DNA from: Pseudomonadota bacterium | GTDB lineage: Bacteria > Bdellovibrionota_C > UBA2361 > OMII01 | Direction: 5' to 3' | Assembly: GCA_039799965.1 (NCBI GenBank) | Contig: JBDLRS010000111.1 | Location: 60,394-124,393, forward strand | Length of the DNA: 64,000 bases | Shown here: positions 9,966 through 20,152 of the stretch, piece after piece | Numbering within the stretch: the stretch's first letter is position 1 | How the letters are laid out: the number at the start of each line of letters is the position of its first letter | Position numbers and translations under genes: made by a program | The notes under the pieces: generated by a model | Seen by the model: only the letters and a program-made list of their open reading frames with translations | Database searches by the model: none | Told to the model about the DNA's origin: nothing

Positions 9966-10865
9966 ATGAACATTCAAACACTCATGACCGCCCAACAATC
10001 CACCTACCGCCCCCTCGCTCAGGGGATGAGTAGAGAGGACAAAGCATCCTATCTTGCAGGCTCAGCCCTTCCCACCGCGGTACTGACCGGGCTACAGGCG
10101 CTTCACGCCCCCACAGGAGGAGCCTCCCTACCAACGGGGGCACTTCCAACCGTGGCTGGAAGGGTCGGAACAGCAGCCAACGTAGCTGGGGGGATTCTCG
10201 GTATCATGGAGCTCGCGATGAACTGGGGGCGCTCATCACCCGCCGCAGGAGCGAGCTCCGGCATGACGATCGGAGCCTCTATCGGCACACTATTCGCCCC
10301 CGGCATCGGCACCGCAATCGGTATCGGAGTCGGGGCTCTGGTCGGTGGACTCTTTGGTTCGATCACAGCCGGAAAGCACAAGGACCAAAAGATGCGCGAC
10401 TCTGTTCGTGACCTCCTCATTCAGGGAGGAATTCTCAACTCCGACTACCAACTTCAGCTCGCAGACGGCTCGCTCTACGACATGGGGAAGGACGGCGGGC
10501 CTCGCGCCGAGTTCGGTGATCGCAGACCGTATGAGATCGATTACTCGAATCCACTCGCGCAGTACGCGATCGGGTGGATGGATCCGATTATCGCCCTCCT
10601 GGCGCAAGGAAATACGAAAATTCAAACTGATTTCGTCGGCTACTTTACTAACGCGATCTTGAGCAACGCGAAAGATCTGAATGATGTGAGCGCGAATGTC
10701 GAGCTCTTTCTTTCGAAGTTCGGACTCACGAATGAACAGCTTGCGAACGCTGTCAGTCAGATGGCGAACGCGGGGATGATAGACCAAACAACAGCCCGTG
10801 GATGGATCGGTGGTATTCAGCAGAGGATGGATCGTTCGCTAGTAAGTGAGGTTGCATTAACCTAA
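9966..10865 (+). CDS. hypothetical protein with glycine-zipper segment
   Basis: 299-aa ORF with GGAGG about 10 nt upstream of the ATG. 'GASIGTLFAPGIGTAIGIGVGALVGGLFGSI' is a glycine-zipper-like stretch. No family recognised. Confidence 0.55.
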   Translation: MNIQTLMTAQQSTYRPLAQGMSREDKASYLAGSALPTAVLTGLQALHAPTGGASLPTGALPTVAGRVGTAANVAGGILGIMELAMNWGRSSPAAGASSGMTIGASIGTLFAPGIGTAIGIGVGALVGGLFGSITAGKHKDQKMRDSVRDLLIQGGILNSDYQLQLADGSLYDMGKDGGPRAEFGDRRPYEIDYSNPLAQYAIGWMDPIIALLAQGNTKIQTDFVGYFTNAILSNAKDLNDVSANVELFLSKFGLTNEQLANAVSQMANAGMIDQTTARGWIGGIQQRMDRSLVSEVALT

Positions 10866-10975
10866 CAGGGTATCGTATCCGGCGAAACTGAGTACATCAC
10901 ATCAAACGGGGCGAGACGGTATACGTTCTGAAAAACTACCGGGGCAGCGACGCGCTTGCCGCTGCCCCTCCTCCG

Positions 10976-12133
10976 TTACATGCAGAGGTCAAATGGTGTC
11001 GAGAGCGACACCAGATGCTGCCAGTCATTATTTCCGACAGCTCGATACTCAGCCGCGTAGTCGAGTAGTATAGACTTGATGAATGAGTCAGGATCCATAT
11101 CGTAACTTACACCAGCTCCCGCGGTCCACGCGTTGTACTTCGCGCTTCCTGTAAGCTCTCTAAGATCAGAGCGATCATAATCCCACGTAAAGTTTGAGGC
11201 GTACCGGTATCCCCCGCGGATCGCGATCCAATCGTCGAGATACTGTTCAAGACCAACACGAATGTTCATCGCGCGTCCCATAGAGTCACCACCAAAGGGG
11301 TACCCTGGATCGTTCGCCGAGGGGTCGTCGTTCCCATTATTTTGATAGAAGGTATAGTCAGCGCCGACAGCCATCGCTGTCCTATCCATGCGGTACTCAA
11401 GACCGGTCCCGATACCATACTGCATCTGCTTAACGGTTTGATCGTCAGCGAAGTGTCCTTTGTGGTCAAGATCGTGCTCCCCGTGGCCAATCGAGATCGT
11501 TGTGCCCCAGATAAGATCCTTCGCGGATCTCATCTGAAGACCGATCGTATGCAAAAAGGTCTCAGCGGAGTCGTAATCGTGAACGTCGGAATCGAGACTA
11601 TCTTTCTGATAGGTCAAACCGTATCCAAGACTCGCGTATTCATTGATCGCCTTGGCGTACGCGCCAGAAACCTGGTAGGTGCCTGAGTCGGTAGTATCTC
11701 GGTCGTAGGTCCAATCTCCCGAGCGCCCCCACCATCCTAATCCGAGGTTGCCACCATCAGGAAGACCATCCGCTGTTGGGTTTATGGGAGTTGCTCCATA
11801 GATCTGCCCGATATTTTGTTTGTCCTTCGCGTTAGAACCACTTGGGTATTCGTGTCCCGTTATCTCGTTGAAGCTATATGAGGCCGACATATCGCCGTAT
11901 CGCATGAGGCCAAGACCTCCCGGATTCTGTACTGTGGCAAGCGCATTCGCTGTTGTCAGGTTCGTGCTGCCCGACATTCCGAGCATTCGAGCGTCAAACG
12001 GCCTATCCACAAATCGTTGATTTTGCTCCTGGAAGTAGAAGTCACGCTGCTTTTCATCAGCGTGAGCCTGTGATGTAGACATAGCGATGCCGAGCGACAT
12101 TACAAGGGCCGCTCTCGTTAGTGTGGTCTTCAT
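10976..12133 (-). CDS. putative outer-membrane beta-barrel protein
   Basis: ORF 10976..12193. ATG 12133 is preceded by GGAGAG. Signal peptide 'MKTTLTRAALVMSLGIAMSTSQAHA'. Gly/aromatic-rich alternating sequence typical of OM barrels. Confidence 0.6.
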   Translation of the reverse strand: MKTTLTRAALVMSLGIAMSTSQAHADEKQRDFYFQEQNQRFVDRPFDARMLGMSGSTNLTTANALATVQNPGGLGLMRYGDMSASYSFNEITGHEYPSGSNAKDKQNIGQIYGATPINPTADGLPDGGNLGLGWWGRSGDWTYDRDTTDSGTYQVSGAYAKAINEYASLGYGLTYQKDSLDSDVHDYDSAETFLHTIGLQMRSAKDLIWGTTISIGHGEHDLDHKGHFADDQTVKQMQYGIGTGLEYRMDRTAMAVGADYTFYQNNGNDDPSANDPGYPFGGDSMGRAMNIRVGLEQYLDDWIAIRGGYRYASNFTWDYDRSDLRELTGSAKYNAWTAGAGVSYDMDPDSFIKSILLDYAAEYRAVGNNDWQHLVSLSTPFDLCM

Positions 12134-12473
12134 CTTCTCTCCTACTTTCTCAAAAGACTGTGGGACGTTGATCTGCCAAACGGTCCCCCGCACACTCCAT
12201 CAAGCGAGAACGGGAGTCATGCGCTCATTGAGATGAGCACGACGTTCGCCCGCCCTTCATCTCTCGTTTAGCCACATACCTCTATGATCACTATCATCGG
12301 TCTATTCAGGGTCGAGTGTGCATAACCCTGTTACTCGAGGAAGAGAGCGCGGGATACGGTGTTGCCCGCAGCAACTATCTTAAAGATATGCGGGGAGGAT
12401 AGATCGTCAGCCGTTCCTTCCTAGCCAACTTTCGCCCTTGATCTCACCCCCCTTGCGAGCGTAGAGTGTCGGT

Positions 12474-12524
12474 ATGAACGTACTCGGTACCACCTTTTAT
12501 TTTGTGTTTTCCCTTCGGCCCTAA
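12474..12524 (+). CDS. candidate aromatic-amino-acid leader peptide MNVLGTTFYFVFSLRP
   Basis: 16-codon ORF (ATG 12474, TAA 12522) with codons 8-12 = Phe-Tyr-Phe-Val-Phe. It lies 180 nt upstream of the pheA-type fusion and is followed by a terminator. No strong SD. Confidence 0.5.
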   Translation: MNVLGTTFYFVFSLRP

Positions 12525-12554
12525 GGGCAGAGTACTCGGCCATATCGGCTGAAG

Positions 12555-12587
12555 AAGGCTCTGCTTAACCGCGGGGCCTTTTTTTTT
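12555..12587 (+). terminator. intrinsic terminator / attenuator in the pheA-fusion leader
   Basis: Stem 12557-12564 'GGCTCTGC' pairs with 12571-12578 'GCGGGGCC' (8 bp including 2 G-U). Loop is TTAACC, followed by T9 (12579-12587). There is no upstream + strand gene for it to terminate. Confidence 0.55.
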
Positions 12588-12706
12588 GCTCAGCCTGTAC
12601 CGGCATCGGTCGGCTGAGCTCTATGCAACGCGAGGATCTTTGTGAGGGATCCAACGCGGTGGATAGGGATGCTTCGTTTCATAGTCGCTAAAGATAGGAA
12701 GTACGT

Positions 12707-14809
12707 ATGGCAACATCACCTCAATCAAACACGGACATCGCCGGCGCGCGACAAGAGATCGATACACTCGACAAGGAGCTCATGTCGCTCCTCGCACGGC
12801 GACGTGAGATAGCCGAGCGAGTCATTCAATCGAAAGCGGCGGCTAACACTCCGATTCGCGATGAGGCACGTGAGAAATCACTGTTGCGAGAGCGCATCGC
12901 TGAGGGGCGCACCCTCGGTCTTGATCCGCAGCTCGTCATGAAGCTCTTTCACGAGATCATCGCGGACTCGGTGCGACTCCAACAAGATATCCTTCAATCA
13001 AAACTCAATGGTGCTCCGGATCGAAAGCGTTTGGTTAAGGTCGCCTTTCAAGGTATCGATGGCTCATACTCCCACCTTATGGGGCGTTCACTCCTCTCCT
13101 CGACTGGAGCCTCGTCCCGACTGGCAGCGCACACCGCGGGAGCGCCTGAGTTCGTGGGATTCGCTTCATTCAAGGACGCGGTCGACGCGGTGGAGAGAGG
13201 AATCTGCGACCTCGGTATCCTTCCGATTGAAAACACGACCTCCGGTGGGATCAACGATGCGTACGATCTCCTCCTGAACTCACGGGTTACCATCGTTGGC
13301 GAGGAGAAATTCACGGTGAAGCACTGCCTCATCGGCTTGGCCGAGGTGCCGGTCTCGCACCTCCATACCGTGCACTGCAGTCAACTCGCGGTGTCGGAGT
13401 GCGCTAACTTCCTAGCCACTATCCCCTCATGCGTCGTGCAGTATGCGACAGACTCAGCGACCGCGCTCAAGGAACTCAAGGAGAGCGACGACAAGGGACG
13501 CGCGGCGATTGCGAGTGAGGAGGCGGCGGAGATGTTCGGCCTCAGGGTTCTGAAACGAAACATCGCGAATCACGAGGATAACGTCACCCGCTACGTGATC
13601 GTCTCAAAGAGCGCGGTTAAGGTAGATCCTCGAGTAACCAGCAAGGTATCACTCGCCATGAGCACCCTTAATCAACCGGGGGCTCTCGTTGAGACACTCC
13701 TTGTGTTCAAACAACACGGGATTAACCTCACTAAGCTTGAGAGTCGTCCGATCCCCGGCAACACCTGGGAGGAGATGTTCTATGTGGACTTCCTCGGAAA
13801 CCTTGACTCCCCAAATGTCAAGACTGCGCTGGGCGAGGTCACGAAACTTACCCGCTTCATCAAGGTCCTTGGGTGCTTTCCATCGTGCGACGTTTCACCA
13901 ACTGAGGTATCTCAGAAAGAGACCTCCGCGTGCGACAATGACTCGTGCTCAACAGCTTCAGTACGAATCGAGGTAAAAGATACACCAGCTCCTCAGAGCA
14001 GCGGAAAGGACAAGGGCTATAAACTCGTCAGTCGAGATCACAAGCCCGAGAATACTGTCATCGATGTCGGCGGCGTGAAGATCGGGGACGGCAACTTCCT
14101 AGTTATCGCGGGCCCCTGCTCCGTTGAGTCACGAGAGCAGATCGTAGCGTGCGCTCGTGAAGCGCGTGACAACGGAGCGAAGATCCTTCGGGGTGGCGTT
14201 TTCAAACCACGCACCTCACCCTACAGCTTCCAAGGCTTGGGATACGAGGGGCTCGATCTCTTAGTCGAGGCGGGTCGCGCTCACGGTATGCCGGTGATTA
14301 CCGAGGTTATGACAACCGAGGATGTAGAGCGCGTTGCCGAGAAGGCGGATATCATTCAGATAGGCGCGCGCAATATGCAAAACTATAGCCTACTCAAAGC
14401 GATCGGCGAGACCCGCTGCCCCGTGATGCTGAAACGTGGGCTAAGCGCTCCGATTGAGGAGCTCCTTCAAGCAACCGAGTACATCCTCGCCGGTGGAAAC
14501 CAACAGGTATTCCTATGCGAACGAGGAATTCGAACCTTTGAGACCGCGACCCGAGGCACCCTCGATATAAGCGCCGTGCCGGTGCTCAAAGCTCGAACCC
14601 ACCTTCCGGTGTTCATCGACCCCTCTCATGCGGCGGGAACGAGAGAGCTCGTCGCTCCGCTTGCGCTAGCAGCTAAGGCGGTAGGGGCGGATGGTATTAT
14701 CGTCGAGTTTCATCCTGAGCCGGAGAAAGCACTCAGCGATGGACCGCAAGCGCTTCGATTCCCTCAATTCGCCAAGCTCATGGCGGACCTTAAAAAGATT
14801 GAGGTTTAG
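12707..14809 (+). CDS. pheA: four-domain fusion: AroQ chorismate mutase + prephenate dehydratase + ACT + type I-beta DAHP synthase
   Basis: 700-aa ORF. CM: '[25 protein letters not shown]'. PDT: '[12 protein letters not shown]', '[12 protein letters not shown]', 'TRYVIVS'. ACT: '[28 protein letters not shown]'. DAHPS (aa ~440-700): '[15 protein letters not shown]', '[13 protein letters not shown]', 'IGARNMQN', 'FIDPSHA'. Confidence 0.85.
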   Translation: MATSPQSNTDIAGARQEIDTLDKELMSLLARRREIAERVIQSKAAANTPIRDEAREKSLLRERIAEGRTLGLDPQLVMKLFHEIIADSVRLQQDILQSKLNGAPDRKRLVKVAFQGIDGSYSHLMGRSLLSSTGASSRLAAHTAGAPEFVGFASFKDAVDAVERGICDLGILPIENTTSGGINDAYDLLLNSRVTIVGEEKFTVKHCLIGLAEVPVSHLHTVHCSQLAVSECANFLATIPSCVVQYATDSATALKELKESDDKGRAAIASEEAAEMFGLRVLKRNIANHEDNVTRYVIVSKSAVKVDPRVTSKVSLAMSTLNQPGALVETLLVFKQHGINLTKLESRPIPGNTWEEMFYVDFLGNLDSPNVKTALGEVTKLTRFIKVLGCFPSCDVSPTEVSQKETSACDNDSCSTASVRIEVKDTPAPQSSGKDKGYKLVSRDHKPENTVIDVGGVKIGDGNFLVIAGPCSVESREQIVACAREARDNGAKILRGGVFKPRTSPYSFQGLGYEGLDLLVEAGRAHGMPVITEVMTTEDVERVAEKADIIQIGARNMQNYSLLKAIGETRCPVMLKRGLSAPIEELLQATEYILAGGNQQVFLCERGIRTFETATRGTLDISAVPVLKARTHLPVFIDPSHAAGTRELVAPLALAAKAVGADGIIVEFHPEPEKALSDGPQALRFPQFAKLMADLKKIEV

Positions 14810-14811
14810 TG

Positions 14812-15909
14812 ATGTACACCTTGGATGTAAACGTAGCGCGAACTGAGTCCCATTCGCGCCTGTGGGTTGATAGAGGAGTAATTGAGGACCTTCCGAACCT
14901 CATCACCCCTTCGAAATACTCCTCGATCGTCGTAGTGGCAGATGCTGGCGCATCCTCGGTGAGGGATCGGGTGTGCACCACACTCTCTATCCCACCCTTT
15001 CGAGTAAAGACGCTGAAAGGGGGAGAGTCGCAGAAGGACGTCCATGAACTAATGAACCTGTGGGAGTTCTTCGTTGAGCAAAAACTCGATAGAAAGTCCC
15101 TCGTGGTAACAATCGGTGGAGGAGCTACCAGCGATCTCGTTGGATTCGCCGCCGGAACCTATATGCGGGGGATACCCTTTCTGCACATCCCAAGCACCCT
15201 TCTCGCGCAAGTTGATGCAAGCATCGGCGGCAAAGCGGGGATCAACTTTCAGGGAGTCAAAAACCTGATCGGCTCAATCGCGCAGCCCGTGGGGATCGTG
15301 ATAGATATCGACGCGCTCGCGACCCTTCCGGAACGGGAGCTTCGCTCAGGGTTCGCCGAGGTGGTGAAGCACGGGCTCATCGCTGACCGGAGCTATTTCG
15401 ACAAGGTAACCTCGCGTGACTGCTCGCACTGGTCCCCTGAGGAGATGGTGGAGATCGTGCACCGCTCCTGCGAGATTAAGAAAGCGGTTGTCGAGTGCGA
15501 CGAGACCGAGCAGGGGCCTCGAAAAACCCTCAACTTCGGACACTCTATTGGACACGCGATTGAGTCCTTCGCTCTAGCGCATGGACCGGCGCTTACACAC
15601 GGAGAGGCGATATCGATTGGAATGTATGGCGAGGCTTATATCTCACACCGAGCGGGAAAGATCTCGGCTTCGGACCTCACGACCATCGACACCAGGCTCA
15701 AAGCGGCTGGACTACTGACTCGACTACCGCGAGCTATACCGATGGCCGAGCTTCGATCACTTATATCAAAAGACAAAAAAAACATCGGCGGGCAGATACG
15801 ATGGATCCTTCTTGAGCGGATCGGCTCCGCCGTCTTCGACGTTGTGGTGCCAGAGCAGCTTATCGTCGAGGCCCTCTCAGCAATACAACCGGGAGCAATC
15901 CTCGCATGA
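14812..15909 (+). CDS. aroB: 3-dehydroquinate synthase
   Basis: 'GGGATSDLVGFAAGTYMRGIPFLHIPSTLLAQVDASIGGK' and 'NFGHSIGHAIE'. ATG 14812 lies 6 nt after GAGGT (GTG 14809 alternative). Confidence 0.9.
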   Translation: MYTLDVNVARTESHSRLWVDRGVIEDLPNLITPSKYSSIVVVADAGASSVRDRVCTTLSIPPFRVKTLKGGESQKDVHELMNLWEFFVEQKLDRKSLVVTIGGGATSDLVGFAAGTYMRGIPFLHIPSTLLAQVDASIGGKAGINFQGVKNLIGSIAQPVGIVIDIDALATLPERELRSGFAEVVKHGLIADRSYFDKVTSRDCSHWSPEEMVEIVHRSCEIKKAVVECDETEQGPRKTLNFGHSIGHAIESFALAHGPALTHGEAISIGMYGEAYISHRAGKISASDLTTIDTRLKAAGLLTRLPRAIPMAELRSLISKDKKNIGGQIRWILLERIGSAVFDVVVPEQLIVEALSAIQPGAILA

Positions 15910-17207
15910 AGGCACTCAAGCTCACCCCCCCAGGTACCCCTATCTCGCACTCCTTTGAGGTCCTCGGCTCAAAGAGCTACACCAACCGTTCCCTGGTTAT
16001 CGCCGCGCTCGCCTCCGGTGTCTCGAATCTCTCAATGGCCTCGATCAGCGCCGATAGCGAGGCGATGATCCAGGCGCTTCGGTTGCTCGGCGTGTCGATC
16101 GAGGAGGAGACAGGCCCCTACGGAACAACCTTGATAGTTGAGGGTACGGGCGGAGCACTCAATCCCTACCACGGGGAGATCAACGTCGGTCCCGCTGGCA
16201 CCACAATGCGCTTCCTCACGGCTCTGTGCGCGGCGATACCCGGAATCGATGTCGTGCTCTCAGGAACGGAACGTATGCACGCTCGCCCCATTAAGGAGCT
16301 CGTCACTGTGCTCCGAAGCCTCGGAGCTGAGATCGACTACCTTGGCAGCGAAGGGTGCCCTCCCCTCCGTGTTCGCTCGAGGACGCACCTTAAAGGTGGA
16401 ACGATCCAGATGAACGGCACCGTCAGCAGTCAGTTTATATCGGCAGTTCTGCTCACGGCACCTCTCCACACAAACAAACTCATCGTGGAGATAGAGGGAG
16501 AGCAGATATCGAAGTCGTACATCGATATGACCCTCCAAAGCATTCAAGAATTCGGAGTTACGATTAATAACGATTCATACAGACGTTACGTATGCGCCGC
16601 AGGACAGAAGTATCAAAGCCGCGTTACTCAGATCGAGGGAGATGCCTCCGGCGCTTCCTATCTGTGGGGACTTGCGGCGATCTCGGGCGGAAAGGTCACC
16701 GTTAAGAACGTGAATCCTCAATCAGCTCAGGGCGACATCCACTTCCCGGAGGTCCTCATGCGGATGGGGTGCTCGGTGTCTTCAGACAGCCGCTCAATCA
16801 CCGTCGTCGGCTCCAAAGTACTCAAAGGGATCGAGATAGATATGTCGAATATGCCCGATGTCGCGCAGACCCTCGCGGTAATCGCCGCGTTCGCTCAGGG
16901 TGACACGATTATGCGTGGACTCAGCACGCTCCGAGTCAAGGAGACCGATCGTATCGCGGCGCTGCGCACCGAGCTTGAGAAGGTCGGCATTTCCAGCGAT
17001 TCGGGTCCGGACTATCTGATCGTTCATGGTGGGACTCCGCACGGCGCACGAATTGCGACGTATGAGGACCATCGCATGGCGATGTCCTTCGCGATGATGG
17101 GCGCTCGCGTGCCTGGGATCGAAATTGAGGAACCCAACGTTGTGGAGAAGTCGTTCCCAACATTTTGGGACGCTCTCGCAGAGAGCGGCATCACGGTGTC
17201 CCAGTAA
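15906..17207 (+). CDS. aroA: 3-phosphoshikimate 1-carboxyvinyltransferase (EPSP synthase)
   Basis: 'LGSKSYTNRSLVIAALA', 'GPAGTTMRFL', 'VKETDRIAAL'. The start overlaps the aroB stop (ATGA). Confidence 0.9.
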   Translation: MKALKLTPPGTPISHSFEVLGSKSYTNRSLVIAALASGVSNLSMASISADSEAMIQALRLLGVSIEEETGPYGTTLIVEGTGGALNPYHGEINVGPAGTTMRFLTALCAAIPGIDVVLSGTERMHARPIKELVTVLRSLGAEIDYLGSEGCPPLRVRSRTHLKGGTIQMNGTVSSQFISAVLLTAPLHTNKLIVEIEGEQISKSYIDMTLQSIQEFGVTINNDSYRRYVCAAGQKYQSRVTQIEGDASGASYLWGLAAISGGKVTVKNVNPQSAQGDIHFPEVLMRMGCSVSSDSRSITVVGSKVLKGIEIDMSNMPDVAQTLAVIAAFAQGDTIMRGLSTLRVKETDRIAALRTELEKVGISSDSGPDYLIVHGGTPHGARIATYEDHRMAMSFAMMGARVPGIEIEEPNVVEKSFPTFWDALAESGITVSQ

Positions 17208-17398
17208 TGCCGTAGCCCCTGTCCAAGGTCAGATCAAGGTCAGGGCGGCAAGCCCCAGCTCCGGTACAGTGTCCCGAAAATCTTGATCATCTGTTACAAC
17301 GCGCTTTTATAATCAAAAGCTAACACTTGATTACTTGAGTATAAACGGCTCCAGCGTCACCATAGTGTACACGTAAGTGCTACGCACTTTGGAGAGAT

Positions 17399-17911
17399 AT
17401 GACTGACTATATCAAATTAGCCGCTACCGGCCTCATCCTGATCCTCATCTTTGCCTGTTGCAAGCGACAACGGCGCTACTGGAGAGAGATGCAGACCAGC
17501 CGTCCGACCGGGTCGCTTAAGGCGGGATACGCCCTCGCTATAGCCACTGTATGTGTGTCTCTTCCGATCGCCTTCTATTCCAATACTCAGGCCGGTTGGC
17601 AGCTCTTCGTTAGTATCCTTCTCATGACGGTAGTATTCTGTGTGAAGATAACCTTTTCGCCAGCCGTCATCGCCGCGGTGCTTGGAATATGCACATTTCA
17701 ACTCTACACATACGATAGGTTCCCCTTCTTTGAGGTATGGGGAGCGGCGGTATCCGTCATCGCATGGAGGCTGCCGGAAGAGATACGAGTGGTATACACG
17801 ACACTCAGCTTCATCTGGGCGATGACAATTCTAATTGGGGGGAGCGCGCCTGAGGGCGAGAGCCCCACCGCTCTGGATGTGAGTGAAGCGACCAGCGCCT
17901 TTCCTTACTAG
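17399..17911 (+). CDS. hypothetical integral membrane protein
   Basis: 170-aa ORF with GGAGAG SD and about 5 hydrophobic segments. No family recognised. Confidence 0.5.
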   Translation: MTDYIKLAATGLILILIFACCKRQRRYWREMQTSRPTGSLKAGYALAIATVCVSLPIAFYSNTQAGWQLFVSILLMTVVFCVKITFSPAVIAAVLGICTFQLYTYDRFPFFEVWGAAVSVIAWRLPEEIRVVYTTLSFIWAMTILIGGSAPEGESPTALDVSEATSAFPY

Positions 17912-18032
17912 TAAGGCATTACTAGCGATTCGCTAACCCACGACTCACAATATCCTAACGCGCCTCTCGTTTCAGCAGTCCGTCAAAAGAGGTAAAATCT
18001 CGCTCAACAGACAGAAGAACCACAGAGATTAG

Positions 18033-18383
18033 ATGAAGACTAGCATCAAGCACATTGCCACCCTCCTCCTGTTCGCTGGAGTTGTCGTAACCCCAACCTT
18101 CGCCTTTGAACCAACCAGCCCTCCGGACATAGATCTCGTCGTCGGCACAGCAACTTCAAATCCCTCCTCCGCCTTACCTTTGACGGAGCTTCAGAAGATA
18201 GCGGCCCAGGTTAGAGGCTGGAACGTTGCCGATACGAATGCTACCAAAAGCGACGAGAACGGCGATTCAACGGCGTATGAGGAACACGACCGTGTTGAAG
18301 AGCCCCAGGAGATCAAGAAACTGGATAGCGTGTTCTTTGACTACGTTATGGCTAAATACATCGAGCGGGTTCGGCGGTCATAA
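18033..18383 (+). CDS. hypothetical secreted protein
   Basis: 116-aa ORF with signal peptide 'MKTSIKHIATLLLFAGVVVTPTFA'. Confidence 0.45.
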   Translation: MKTSIKHIATLLLFAGVVVTPTFAFEPTSPPDIDLVVGTATSNPSSALPLTELQKIAAQVRGWNVADTNATKSDENGDSTAYEEHDRVEEPQEIKKLDSVFFDYVMAKYIERVRRS

Positions 18384-18531
18384 CGCCTCAATAGCCAAGC
18401 GCAACCCCCTGTGTAATGCGTACCTTTCCAACGCGACCTATCGATATCCACTCAATACGATTCAGAACAAGATAGATCCATAACAGACCCCGTTTGAGTA
18501 GGGCACGGGCCACGTGTACACTCCGACCATT

Positions 18532-19233
18532 ATGAGACACCTTCTTCAAATCGCCAGATATTGCGCCCTCTCACTCGTCATTACCATCACTCTCGCTGGA
18601 TGTGGACAGGATGGCGAAGACGACAATCAGGTTAATCTTCGATTCATCAACGCAGTGTCTAATGTATCCAGCGTCAACTTCCTTGTTGATGGCGATGTGT
18701 GGTTTGAGGACCTAGAATACGTACAGGAAACCGGCTACTTCACCTTTGATACGGATCAACACCTCTTCCAGGTTGTGCCGTCTGACTCTCTGACACCAAT
18801 GAGCAATCTCCTCACGATGCTCTCCGATGACAAGGACTATACCTACATCGCGATAGGCTCAGCACTCGACGCGACCGCGCTTATGCTTGTAGACAATAAT
18901 GAGAAGGCTGGAGAGGGCTCCTTTAAGCTCCGGATCATCAACGGATGGCAATCAACTAAAAACCTGAACGTCTACGTCGTTGCTAGCGGCCAGAATTATC
19001 AAAACTCGGCACCGGCCGCGAAGAGTATTCGCTATAAGTCGGTAACAACCTACCTCACCGGAAAGGCTACCGCGTACGACATCGTTGTGACCAATGCCTC
19101 TACCGGCACCGTTCTCGCGAGCCTCTCTGACCAGGTTTTTGAGAGCGAAGAGGTGTACACGATGGTCATCGCGCAGAGCCCAACCCTTGAGAACGCCCCT
19201 ATTCTTCAGCTCATCGACGACTCAGAAGACTAA
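18532..19233 (+). CDS. DUF4397-like lipoprotein
   Basis: ORF 18514..19233. ATG 18532 gives 'MRHLLQIARYCALSLVITITLAGC' (lipobox LAGC). Repeated 'LRFINAVSN..VNFLVDGD' and 'KLRIINGW..LNVYV' motifs are DUF4397-like. Confidence 0.6.
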   Translation: MRHLLQIARYCALSLVITITLAGCGQDGEDDNQVNLRFINAVSNVSSVNFLVDGDVWFEDLEYVQETGYFTFDTDQHLFQVVPSDSLTPMSNLLTMLSDDKDYTYIAIGSALDATALMLVDNNEKAGEGSFKLRIINGWQSTKNLNVYVVASGQNYQNSAPAAKSIRYKSVTTYLTGKATAYDIVVTNASTGTVLASLSDQVFESEEVYTMVIAQSPTLENAPILQLIDDSED

Positions 19234-19274
19234 TCTCGCGGCGTGGAGCTTGCGGCTGCACGCCATGAGGCCCC

Positions 19275-20033
19275 CTACCAGGGAAGAATTGCGAAGAAGC
19301 CTCGGTCCGGTATATCCGCAAACCGATCCCGATTGAGCCCCTCGGCTATGATATCAGCCCAGGTATCGCAGATCTCACGGGCAGAGCTACTCAACGTGAG
19401 TCGGTTGACGTCCAATAATCGGGCCGGCGGAAATCGTCGATCAGCGAGGGTCGCTATCAATGTGCCACTTTGGGCGTCGTACACCTTTGCGGCGAAGGCA
19501 ACGTGTGGATCGGAGACGGTGTTGAATACTAACGAGGAGGCAGGGATCGGCACAAGCATAAAGCCAGCTTTCTGGATGGGATGCGAGAACTCAAGCTCGG
19601 TCAACGCGATATCGAAGATAAGTCCTCGTGGCTGAGCGGAGTCAACCACTGACATTACCCCATCTTTATAGTTTGCAACCTTCTCAATGAGTTCCTGCTT
19701 GAGGTAGTGGGCCAGCTCGTCGGCGAGCTTCTTGTATTCACTCTCCTTGGACAGAAGCGTTCCCTTGCTGGCGAGCCAGGCCTCCTTTGGTAGAGTATCC
19801 GCCGTTACCGTGCGAAACCACACGTTCGTGTACTGCTCCTCAGGAAGGGTTGGATCGATCCATGCGTGTTTAAAGGGAAGAGCTTTATCAACAACCGAAA
19901 CATCCCGCCCCTCAAGGTAGGTTTGCGGCAACGGATTGGTTCGCTCTTTCACCGCGCATCCGATAGCACCGCTTACCATAACGGGAAGGAGCACGAGATG
20001 ATACATACATCGAGACAAGGATGCGTTTCGCAT
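19275..20033 (-). CDS. hypothetical lipoprotein (possibly DUF3313-like)
   Basis: 252-aa ORF with lipobox 'VSGAIGC'. It is the only minus-strand gene interrupting the aro cluster. Confidence 0.55.
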   Translation of the reverse strand: MRNASLSRCMYHLVLLPVMVSGAIGCAVKERTNPLPQTYLEGRDVSVVDKALPFKHAWIDPTLPEEQYTNVWFRTVTADTLPKEAWLASKGTLLSKESEYKKLADELAHYLKQELIEKVANYKDGVMSVVDSAQPRGLIFDIALTELEFSHPIQKAGFMLVPIPASSLVFNTVSDPHVAFAAKVYDAQSGTLIATLADRRFPPARLLDVNRLTLSSSAREICDTWADIIAEGLNRDRFADIPDRGFFAILPW

Positions 20034-20152
20034 GGGGATCCTTTGAGGTTAAAGCTACAACCGGCCAGACGAGCCCCATGCTCACACCATCTGCCCCACT
20101 TTTTCAAGCCACATTGAATCCGGACCGGCGATGCGAGTATGATGCAACCGGG

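Noticed and set aside
10290-10787. 165-aa minus-strand ORF
   Set aside because: It is antisense to the glycine-zipper protein ORF, which has a good SD. It shows no motifs and is probably a shadow ORF.
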